From the NCBI GenBank assembly GCA_028534125.1, contig CM052817.1, positions 66,838,001 through 66,902,000 of the forward strand: a DNA stretch of 64,000 nucleotides. The letters are read 5' to 3'. Below the pieces are notes generated by a model that did no database searches, was not told the origin of the DNA, and saw only the letters and a program-made list of their open reading frames with translations. Positions 13,956 through 24,986 of this stretch are shown here, in pieces; the first letter of the stretch is position 1; each line of letters starts with the position of its first letter. The translations under genes were made by a program, and so were the position numbers. The stretch comes from Lama glama. Lineage: Eukaryota.

Positions 13956-13961
13956 TTTATT
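13956..13961 (-). terminator. Candidate distal poly(A) signal AATAAA
   Basis: Minus strand reads TGTGTACATAAAAAATAAATGTATATAAAGTTTGTAG, followed by T/GT-rich sequence (TATTTTTAAGTTGTGG). Confidence 0.65.
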
Positions 13962-15195
13962 TTTTATGTACACAGGATTTTTGCCAAGCTATTTTACAAC
14001 ACAATTACTGACTTTGTTCACAACTATTAGATGTTATTCTCCATTTCTGCTTGGCGCTAAGGGAAATTATTACAACCTGGTGAGTGTCATTCTTGAATTC
14101 TCTTAACTTTTCGCATACTATCAACAATAAGTGGGAACTCAAATTGTTACTGGTAAAAGTGTTAAGAAATTGTAATTCTCCTGCCTTTGTATTTGATGGG
14201 GTAATTTACCAGATACTAATCAGAAGTTTTCTGATGAAATTCTGCATTAACAAAAATCAAATTCAAATTCTGAGCTGGCCAACATTGATTTTTCAACATT
14301 TATTTTGTGCTTCTGAGGTTTGATACTGAGCTGCTTGGCATTCTCCTGGGTGCTTTGTAAGAGTGGAGTTCACTTTGAAGTTGATCAGATCTCTGTTTTT
14401 AAGAGATTGGCAGGATCTGGAAAAGAATATGAATTTGTCTGCTGGGTCAGAAATGTCATCATCATGAAGTTGGGAGATGAAATAATGCAGCAGCATACTG
14501 AACTTGCTAAAAAAGGAAAAGATATTAGATTGAATTCCATAGTAATCACATTTGCTTTAATTTTTTCCCGTGCAAGTAATTTCAAAAACACTTTGTTTAG
14601 ATGCAAAATATTGAAAATTCAATGTTTGTGATTTTTTTTATTTTTGCCTTTTAAGAAAGATTTTCTTGAGTCATTCAGAGTTCTCTCAGAATAGTTTGTA
14701 TTTTTCTGCTGCTGATCCAAGTCCAAAATATCTTAGGATGTTTTGACCATCTGCCTGGCAATTCTAATGAATGTTTGCCTGCAAACATTGAAAAGATTCA
14801 CAGTGAACTTGAACATCAGTGGATAGAGCGAATTTTTGCGGCAAATCTTTCTAAACTCTGAAAATATGAAAACACTGGCATAGCTTTATTTAAAATGACT
14901 CCTACGAAAGCTGATTTCCATGTGTGTTATTCTACAATTCATAGTGTCAAAATTCAGATGAAAGGACTAAAATCTTAACTCTTTCATTCTTTCATTTTGT
15001 ACTCATTTATTCTCTTATTATTTCTTTTCAAATTTTTGAACTTAAAATAGTCTGCTTTATAAGATCTTGGTTTATGAGTCATGAGTACTGAGGAAATAAT
15101 GTCAATTTTCCCTAAAAAAGTATTAAAAGAGATTGTCTGGACCTTGGATATTTCTGTCATGCGAGAAGAATGATACTTAGCAAGCACAGCAACAT

Positions 15196-15227
15196 CAAAA
15201 ACAAAAACAAACAAACAAACAAACAAA
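15196..15227. repeat. (AAAC)n/(AAAAAC)n microsatellite in the predicted 3'UTR
   Basis: caaaaacaaaaacaaacaaacaaacaaacaaa. Confidence 0.9.
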
Positions 15228-17397
15228 GCAGATGATTGGAGCGATATTTTTCCTTAGAAGTTCTAGTAAATCATACTGAATTTCCCTAGCATGTGTGGAG
15301 GCCAGGAGTTATGTTTTTCAAATGTATTAGTGTATTTTGGTGATGGCTGACTGCACTGAATTTGAGGGCCAAACTTCACACTCCTATTCTACAGCTGAAT
15401 ACAGCCCCATGTACCTAAAACATTCATTGGTGCTAGTCTCACAGTTATTGATAAGTTAAGAAGAAGACATGTTTGCTTTAAAATATTAGGCTTTTTCTTG
15501 ACTTTCACATTGTATGATAAGCATTTCCGGTTTTTGGAATGAACATTTAAAATCATTATATGCATGATTCGGTACCAAGTGAGAACACATTTGCTTGTCT
15601 AAAGCATGCATGCAAGCCGCAGTGACTTTACTGAGCTGTTTGTAGCAACTCAGTAATGACCACTTACTATTTCAGCATTTGGCTTTAAATTTAATTCTTT
15701 GAAATGCTTACATACAGTAAACTCTATGTGTCTACACACTTGTATGTGTCTGTGTTTATGTGTGTCTATTTATTGGTATAATCAGAAGAAATTCAACTTA
15801 AACATATATGATAGGGGTTGTTTAGACTTTTAATGTTTTAGATATTTCTGGCTTTGGGTCCAAGATAGTGGGGAGGATTGGAAAACTTAACATTGTGGCA
15901 TCAATAGGCCACGATATTCTCTTGAAATAATTGCTTTTATCTTGTTCTTAAAAAACTAGTGAGTTCTATATTGGTGGAGGCATAACACTACAGTAGTGTT
16001 AGAGATCATTATTTTACCTGGATAGCTTTAAAAATCTAACTGAATATTTTAAAGGAAAAGTTTGTGCTGTACATCCACATTCTCAGAAGGCTTCCTGCAC
16101 AAGAAGAGCAGGACTGATGGTATCTCTAATTCAAGAAGAAAAGATGATTTATAAGCACTGAAATCTGGAAGATAAATTCAACGCTTAATGGTGTACCTTG
16201 TTTTGTCATGGCTCGCAGAAATGTGTTAGTATATTTTTTTCTTGTAATAAAACAGATGCTTCTTTAGGACCATTAGCTCATTTCTTTCTAGGGGAACTTC
16301 TAAATTATCTAAGCAGACAAGAGGAAAGCTCTCTCTGTGGAAAGGTGTGTGTTGTACTCTGGTTTGCCTGGCATTAGTTGTCATATATCCAAATATTGCC
16401 CAAATATCTAACAGTCGATTCAGCTTTCTACATCTTACTTGATTTACCTGTATGTCATACTAGTATATATAAGTAGTACATAGACTTTTTAAGGATTTGC
16501 ATATGAACATATTTTCTGATACTTTTCCCTGGTCCTTACTCTTTTTCTCAGTGGGGAAAGAGGACAGACTAAGGGCACTGTACTGTCGTTAAGTTGATAT
16601 TCACCTTAAACTTTTTCCTTGAGTTATGGAGGAAAAAAACATTTTTCTTTAGAACTAGTAGATGCTCTTGTCTGCCGTCATAACTGAATTACTGTCTTTA
16701 ATTCTTGCCTAAAAATTGGTAGCTAGTTTCAGAGATAAATGGGATTCTTCCCTTCTTCCTTAGGAAGCATCTTTAGTGTTTTATAATCTACCTATTTTTT
16801 AAAAATTTAAAGTATTTGTGAAAAATAAAGTAAAGAGGATCATAGGGATTTGCTTTGACTATTTCTTAGCTTGACACTCTAAAATATGTAATGGTCAAAA
16901 AGCACATGATTACTTCTTGTCTTTTGAAGCCACTTTCCCAGAAAAAAATAATAAAGAGAATGACATGTACAGCTGCCTAATAATTTGCTTAGGTATCTTT
17001 TTCAGTTATATTTCATGGAGAAAATCTTTAGATCTTTAAAATTTTTTATTCCACAGAATGAGTTCTTCTGCGGAAAGATTTTTATTAAATGTTACTTTTG
17101 GAGGTTAATTTTCCATCATTCTAGTGATAAAATTAATCGTATAACTTTTTCCTGTTTTACAGCTGAAGATGAAAAAGTTTAATTTTATATAGGCTTCATT
17201 TTTATTCACTTTTATTATGTTTTAAAGCTTTTAAAACTTGTTTAATCTTTTGGAAAAATTGTGTGTTACTTTAGCGTCACAAATGTATACTGCAATTTTT
17301 AAGTGAGAAAAATGGAACACTTTACAAGAATTTTCAGATACATTTTTCTGTTACATATAATAATTTAGAGTTTTCAAGGAGTAAATTTAAAGCCCTC

Positions 17398-17403
17398 TTT
17401 ATT
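17398..17403 (-). terminator. Candidate proximal poly(A) signal AATAAA
   Basis: tttatt on + at 17398-17403, about 195 nt after the stop codon; first AATAAA I find after the stop. Confidence 0.55.
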
Positions 17404-17598
17404 TTTGAGTGGGCAAATATCTTAATACTGCCTTTGTTACATGTATATGCTACCTTTCTCATCTGAAACATAGCTACCAAGAAATTGCCCTTCTGTTTCC
17501 AGAGAGTATTCAGGACAGAGTGGTAAGCAGTCAGGGGCATGCGGGCCTGTGGTGGCACCGTGGTGGTGTCATACTACTGTTTCAGCTCAGGAATGGAT

Positions 17599-17911
17599 TT
17601 AGGAATATTCATCCACAGAGGTGTGGGGTGAGCTTATGAAACTTGAAGTGGTGGAGGCGGATTTGGAATTCCTGCGGGTGCAGCCATGGGAGCTTGGGTC
17701 TCTTGGAGTCACTCTCTTCTTCCGACTGGATTTGGCGTTGTCCACCTCACTGGGGTCACACACCACTGTCATGGACTCCATCCTGGTCACAGTGTACAGG
17801 CTGCTTTGCCGAGTTGGATGAAACCTGGTGGTCTTGAGCTCCAGCTCATCATAGCTAGAAACTTTGATGAAAGGACACCAGCGAAATGCTCTCTTGAAGC
17901 CAGCTCGAAAT
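17599..17911 (-). CDS. TACR3: NK3R terminal coding exon 5 (helix 8 and C-terminal tail), 313 bp including TAA
   Basis: (R)[103 protein letters not shown]. Acceptor CTGCTTCTCCTTAG (AG at 17912-17913), stop TAA at 17599-17601. Confidence 0.98.
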
Positions 17912-19142
17912 CTAAGGAGAAGCAGGCCACAAGGAGAAGAAGTCGTGTTTTCAAGTGGAAATTTCCTTCAGTTGTCACAAAAAACTCTCCTTAATGCCCT
18001 TAAGTGAACTGAGTTTTTTAAATTTAATTTTCTAGTCAAAACTCAGAGTTTATGCCACAGTATTGGTACTAGTCTTCTAAGTTCTCCTTTGAATTGAAAC
18101 TTAACTTTGCATCAGTGAGAAGCAAGTCATCAAAGAGTAAGCTCACAGCATCAGTAATCAATATGCCAAAGAAATAGTGTATATTTCTTCAGTAATGTTA
18201 TATATTTGCATATGTGTAATTTAATTAGGCTTGCTGGTTAAGGCACTTAAAAATGAAAGTAGCTTCTTACAGAAATAATTACACATTTATAAATTAAAGT
18301 CTCACTTAATATTAAAATTAATTGCTAATCTAGATGGTTTTTAATCTAATCATATAGGAAAGTGCAAAATCCTTGGCTTTGTAAACCATTAAATAAAGTT
18401 AATTAGAAATAGATGTACTACTTACGGGGTGGCTTGAATTGATATATGGCTTATGCAATTAATGAAAAAAAGCAAGAACTAAGTAGTTTTTAACAAACCT
18501 AAGACATACTATGGTAGAAGCCCAACTGGAAAGAGAGCTTTGGATTTAGGTCATGTAATTACTTACTTGAAGTTCCATTTCTACTTGTACTAAACCACAC
18601 TGATCTATTAAATAAATTTACCCTATGAAATTTAACCCTACCCCTCCATGTGCTGACCTTATAAACAAGGTGTTTTTTTTAAGTCTGGAAACCACAGTTT
18701 TGGGTTTTTTTTTTTTCCTGCAGTCTTAAATTTAACTGTAAATATTTCTGCTTTTTTTTCAACTTCACTTTAAAAGTAGCTTTCCCCCTGACCACCTCAG
18801 TTTCCTCACAACCCATTCCCTAAAGGCTGCGCCCTCTCTTACCCACTGACCTCATCATGCAGGAAGGAGGATTGGAATTCTTCCCCTTACTGTTGCTTCT
18901 ATTACTGTCATAACACCTTCTATTTTGAAGACTACTTATAAAACATCCTCTTTAATAGAGTCTACTCACATATGCCATCATCTCTCCACCTGCGCATTTC
19001 TACAAAGTGTCTTCATTTCTTTGAGGATTTGAGCACATTTTCAACTCCCTTCCTTTAATAATAAGTTATTTCTTTTTCTTTGGCAAGTAAAATTCTGACG
19101 AGTTTGGAGGGAGAATTTGGCCTATATAAAAATCGCCTAGTT

Positions 19143-19318
19143 GTGGGAAGGGTACAGCTCGGTGGTAGATTACATGCTTAGCATGCATGAGGTCCTGTGT
19201 TCAATCCCTAGTATGCCCATTAAAGCAAACAAACAAACAAACAAAAAACAAAAACAAAAAACCTCCTAATTTCTCCCCCTAAAACAACAAAAAACAAGCA
19301 AAGAAACCCAAAACAGAC
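19143..19318 (+). mobile_element. tRNA-derived SINE, camelid Vic-1-like, in TACR3 intron 4 (antisense to the gene)
   Basis: Head GGGAAGGGTACAGCTCGGTGGTAGA...ATGCTTAGCATGCATGAGGTCCTGTGTTCAATCCC with A and B boxes, (AAAC)n, a CCTAATTTCTCCCCC spacer and an A-rich tail. Flanked by a 15-bp TSD aaaaatcgcctagtt (19128-19142) / aaaaatcatctagtt (19319-19333). Confidence 0.88.
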
Positions 19319-19560
19319 AAAAATCATCTAGTTAGAACCTCTAAGAGCATTGTTTTGAGGATATAATTGTTAAGGTGAGATATTTCATTAAAAAAGGGAG
19401 AGTCTAGAAAAGTATCTCTAGCTCTGTGCTTCTCTCACTGACTTTTTCAATTTTCCCTTCCTTTGAATTTTAAAAATGCACCAAGAAGCTGGAGCAACAT
19501 TATATGCTTTCAGCAAAGCCAGAAGTGACCACGAACTTGCACTTGGTAATCTGGTTTTTA

Positions 19561-19785
<225 letters not shown>

Positions 19786-21919
19786 TTATGGCAAATGTAA
19801 AAGTTATTATGTATATATTAGTTCTAATAGCTTACTGCAAATCATGCTTTTCTGCCAATACAGTTAAATACATAGCATTCCTGAGGAATAGTCAAAATAT
19901 TAAAAAATGGTGAGATAATACAGGGACAGTTACCTAAGGTAAATTTCAAGAAAGCATGTTTGTATCACCTAGTGAATAGGTGGCACTAACTCAAACGGAA
20001 ACAAATATATTTCAATTGGCCTCAAGAAAATATGTGTTTACAAAACACCAAAGAACCTGAGGGAGAAAGGAGCAAGAGTTAGGATTGGGCTGTGCTAGCC
20101 TACACAGTAAAATAGCGAAGACAATATATCTAGAGAAACTGAATTTTATATCTAGTCATTGTATCTAGAGAAACTGACCCAGCTCTGTGACTGTTGAGTC
20201 ACAGTGTGGTACATGAGGCCATAATGGCTAAGCAGGTTCCTGAGTATTTATTATAGCCTGAGTATAGCTTATGATTGTTCAGATTTCTTTAATACCATGC
20301 TCTCTAGACAAACTTCTGAATGTTAACTTGGTTTATTTGTAATCTGATATTGGGAAAGGTTTCTCTGGATAGTGATAAAGAATATTCACATTAGTCTGAG
20401 GAAATATCACTAACTTCAAGTTTATAAATAGGCAATTGGCGTATACAACTGGTTTATACATCAGTTTCTGTGAGTTTGGTTAGCATGGCTCATTTCCTCT
20501 ATTTTCACACTTCTGAACCACAAATCCTGGAAGGCCCTAGCCAAAGTAGAATGTCAATCTCTATTTCTTCTCCACTAGTCTTTGAATTTTTTAAAGGCAT
20601 AGATAATGTCTTAACTGTCTTAATATTCCCAGCATCTAATGCAATCCTTAGTATATTGCTGAAAGTAGATAACTAGATATAAAATGAATGAATAATGAAC
20701 AACGATGTATAATTTGTAACAGGAAGTTGAATAGGAGGATGTTTTTTGTCTCTAATGAGATAAAACTTGTTCCGTTGTTTGTGTCTATAAGAAAGGTAGA
20801 CACAAAGATATTGAACACTGAGCAGCTTGACTTTCTATGTAAAAGGAAATAATAATAATATTCTAGAATAACCTCATTTAATATCTCTCATTACCAGTCT
20901 GTCCAGTAAATTTGTTCATACTTCTTTTGGGACTTTGGAAATAGGAAAAAGTTTAGAATAATATGTATTAAACAAAATGATTTTGAGGCCTACGGTCACG
21001 TTTGAACACAAATCAGAGTAAGTCCTGGCATAAATGGCCTATGTGGCTTCTGAGAACTGTGAAAATACGTTACTTAAGTCCTGGACTCATCATTTGATTG
21101 CAAGTTGGGATTTAAATGAAAGTTGTGAAGGTTAAAAATCATGAGAGACATGATTCTAGAAATAGACAAAGCATGAAATGGATCAATGTATAAGGCAAAG
21201 CTTTCCTAAGGGTCTAATCAAGGTAACATCCAAGTATCTAGTATGAACTGATGGAAATTGGCTATCAGAGCTGAAAATCCAGGTCAGTAACTCACAGAAT
21301 GTCATCACTGGCCACGTCATGCAAAGTGTTTTGATTTTCTCATTGTTACTTGCATTTTTTTCCTGAAGAACTGTATTCAGAATCCTGCATTTTAGCTCTC
21401 CTATTTTTCATTCATATATTTGTAAAATACAACTAAGGGCCATATTTTATTATAATTTACATTAATATCGTGTTTCGCACTCCTAACAACTTATTAATTG
21501 GTTTTTAATTGCACTTTATGAAACTGAGGCAAAGGCCAAAGAGTTGACCATTGTAATTCATGGAATGTAAGTTAGAGTCTTTAAAACTCAGACTCTTAAG
21601 TCTGTTTTTTCTACTTACAACTAATAACATTTATTGAATGTCTGTTGGGTCTAGAAAACAGAATAGAGAAAATTCATGAGTAGAAGACTGATTCTTTATC
21701 TGGAAAAGATTGCAATATAATGGAAAAATGTAAATTAAAAATGCATGGAAATATGGTAAACATAAGCATATGTAAATAAAATTGAAAATAATATTTATGA
21801 GAACTTACTAGTTTATTATAGGCAGGAATGACTCAATGCATGTTAACTGCAGGCTCACAGAATATTAGACTGAATGACATGGATTCGATTGCCTTTTTCA
21901 CACTTGACTATGTGAACAT

Positions 21920-22305
21920 CATACCATTCCTTGCACATGCTGGACAAACTCCTGTGCAAGATCATCCCCCTCGGCTCCTCCCTCTGGGACACGCCTCCAG
22001 CTGTTATTCTTGCTGGCTGACAGCCTCATCTCCTTCCAGCTGTTGCACAGTTGTCACTTTTTCTGAGAATCCTATTCTGACCAACCTACTTAAAATTGCA
22101 GTCCGTCCTTCTGGCACTCCCCAGACTCCTAGCTTTTTCTTTATTTTCAGTTTATTTGTTATGTCTATTTTTCACTTTGTGTCTCCTTTTGCTAGAATAC
22201 AAAAGGGCAAGAATTTCCTGCTTGTTTTGTTTGCTGAGGTATTTCAGGCATATAGACTGGGTTTCACAATCGGTTTTCAAGTTTTTAGAAATAAATAAAA
22301 GTGAA
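21920..22305 (+). mobile_element. L2 3' end
   Basis: CTCATCTCCTTCCAG...GTCACTTTTTCTGAGAATCCTATTCTGACCAACCTACTTAAAATTGCA...GCTAGAAT..AGGGCAAGAATTT...TGTTTTGTTTGCTG. Confidence 0.7.
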
Positions 22306-24499
22306 TACAAAAAGAAAGAAACTAAAAGACATATAGTTGGTTAATCAGTGTTCATAATTTTACTCTGTCATTAATTACTGGATCATTTGTCCTCCAACTT
22401 CAAAATGAGCCTGTGTATATAAAATGAGATATTTCCCTTTTCTAGGCGAACAAATTCAGGTAAAGAGAATGAATGTACAATATAACCAGTATACTATTTT
22501 GGATGCATGAAAGCATTGCATTTTTTTCTGAACAAATGTTAAGGGCAAGAAAAAACATGACAATGTGAACATGGTTCAGGCTACTATGTTAAATATAGTA
22601 TCAGCAAATGTACATAAAAGTTTATTTGAATGCTTTTATACAGACTGATCACAAACTCCCTTTATATGAAATTGTTTTTCATCAATAGCTGAAGAGCTAC
22701 AAAGGCTATCAAGAGTCTTTTAAAGTGACTTGCAACCATCAATGTGGAAGAATTCCAGAATGTGGGAAAATTAAAATGCGTATGGAGAATTAAATGAAAA
22801 TGCATCTGAAATGGAGATATCAGATAACTTGTAATTCACATATATATCCTTAAAGACCCTATTGCAAAACATTTAGAAACTTGTTTGAAAATTTTTAGGA
22901 AGAATCTAAAAGAACCTAAAAGAAAGAATCTTTTGCAGTGAAACAACTGATATAATATATTTTATCTATTTATTGCTATAAAATAGGCTTTAACCATTAC
23001 CTTGGGTTTCTGCTCACAAAATCTTGTGCAGTGATTTCAGACATCAAATTCTCAGCCCATCAGGTTTGATGTAAATGCAAAAGCAGGCTCTTGGATGGGC
23101 AACATTGCCTTGCTTTGTGAAATGCTGGAATCATGAAATTGTAATCATGCTTTTTTCTCATAAAAAGGCAAGGGAATGAAGCACAAACCTTGACCAATGA
23201 TAGATGTGCAGCTACTCAGTTCCCTTGTGTCTCATGACTGGACCATGGCACTGTCACAGACAGGCTATAAATGCTGAGCAGGAAAGTTGGTAGACTTCCT
23301 GAAACTCCTTCTATTTTTTAGGCAAGATAAGAGACTGAGATAGAGATGATTCAAATCTTTCAACATGTCTTAACAAACTTTATTGTAAATTGATTGAAGT
23401 TGGGTGTTTCTTGAAGCTGAAAGACATATCCAGCTTCTGAAGCAATGGGATTTACTTCCCATGACATGGACAGTTGTGGACACCCATTGTCCTTGGCACG
23501 GGAAATTACTAGCAGGAGGAAGAAGGGAGGTGGGACAAGGGAGGTAGCTCTTACACAACATCGTCTCTTTTTAATAGTTTAGAATCCACTTTACTCACAT
23601 AGGCAGGATTGAAATGCGTGTCATACATCAGTGAGAATAACCTTTGGGTACCTTTTCTTCATGTATCAAAGGGAAGAAAGCCTCCCTGTGTAGATGAGAC
23701 TGGGATGCCTGCTGCAGCTGTTCTTATCTAGCACATTAAATTGATGCAGGATGGGTGCTTTTGAGATTTTAGGTTGTGAAAGAAAAAGAGTCAGCAGAGG
23801 AAATTAAATAATATATTACTGATCCTAAAAAAATCTAGGAATTATATTCTTTAGGGAAAAATTTATTCTTTTTAAATGCCTGACCTTGAAATGATTAATT
23901 CTAAGTGAGATGAAACTTCTTGTTTTGATTAAAACTTCCTCTGAGCATGTTTTGGAGAACCAACCATGGTCCACACCTTACCACTTCTCTATACCTTTTG
24001 TCTGCACAAATATTCTTAAAGGACATTATATCTCTTTAAGTCAGAGTTACAATCCTGCTTATTCTAACTTCCCATTAGCAAATTCAAATGATGGGAAAAA
24101 AATTAATTACAAGCATCAGAATCTAAAGTACCTCTTTTAGAACTATTTAGATTGGGCTTTTGCTGCTTCAGAAATCATGCTAAAAAATTTCAATCCCAAG
24201 TGAGAAAATAAGAACCAAGCAGTAGCACTTGTGAAAAAAGTGCTGTATGGTCCAGAAGATGAGTTGAATTTTGCCAGTAATTTCAGAATTAGATGAGAAT
24301 ATAGGCGTATTGTGTTAGTGTCATCCAAGGAATTTGACACTGTTGCCAAATCCAACTAGCATGTCTATCCAGTTAACATTAGCTTAGAGCAATGCCTATA
24401 AGAAATTATGTGAAGGCCAAACAAATGAAGAAAACCCTGTGAATGTGCATGCAGATATGGGGAATATTTCTCTCTGTGTATGTACGCAGTATTGCATTA

Positions 24500-24716
24500 G
24501 TTTTATTGAAGGAAAGTTGATTTACAATATTGTGTTAGTTTCAGGTATAAAGCAAAGTGAATCAGTTATACATACATATATGTATATTTTTCAGATTCTT
24601 TTCCATTATAGGTTATTACAAGGTGTTGAATATAGTTCCTTGTGCTATACAGTAGGTCCTTGTTGTTCATCAATTTAATGTATAGTAGTGTGTATCTCAA
24701 ACTCCTGATTTCTCCC
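24500..24716 (-). mobile_element. L1 3' end of cetartiodactyl type, 5'-truncated
   Basis: TTTTATTGAAGGAAAGTTGATTTACAATATTGTGTTAGTTTCAGGT...TTTCAGATTCTTTTCCATTATAGGTTATTACAAG..TTGAATATAGTTCCTTGTGCTATACAGTAGGTCCTTGTTG. Confidence 0.85.
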
Positions 24717-24986
24717 TTGGTATTGTGTTTGGATTCTACTTCTTTACATTTCACTGCTCATGTTTCGTTTTTAATGTGATTTCATTTTTCCATTGGAAAC
24801 TTCCATTTTTCAAAAGAATTTGAAAGTGTTGTATGAATTCAGGTTTACAGTGATCTGAAGCCAAAAAAAAGAATTCAGCCACAAAAACGAAGACAAGATA
24901 ACATTAGAAAAGGAAGCACATTAAGGCAAGAGGAATAAAGACTCATGTTATGGGATCATGATTAGTGATAAAACCTTATAGAGGCT

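Larger units (their letters stand above)
13935..17598 (-). other. TACR3: Predicted long 3'UTR of TACR3 (about 3.65 kb)
   Basis: Stretch after the stop codon with no recognisable interspersed repeat, ending in an AATAAA with UGUA elements at about 13956. The end point is inferred, not observed. Confidence 0.65.

Noticed and set aside
17621..17994. Overlapping plus-strand ORFs over exon 5
   Set aside because: Antisense shadows of a GC-richer coding exon; no independent support.
19143..19220. tRNA-Ala-like gene
   Set aside because: Has A/B boxes but a degenerate stem, an A-rich tail and a 15-bp TSD: it is a SINE head, not a tRNA gene.
21828..22298. 156-aa plus-strand ORF
   Set aside because: Lies almost wholly within a decayed L2 3' end; no recognisable domain.
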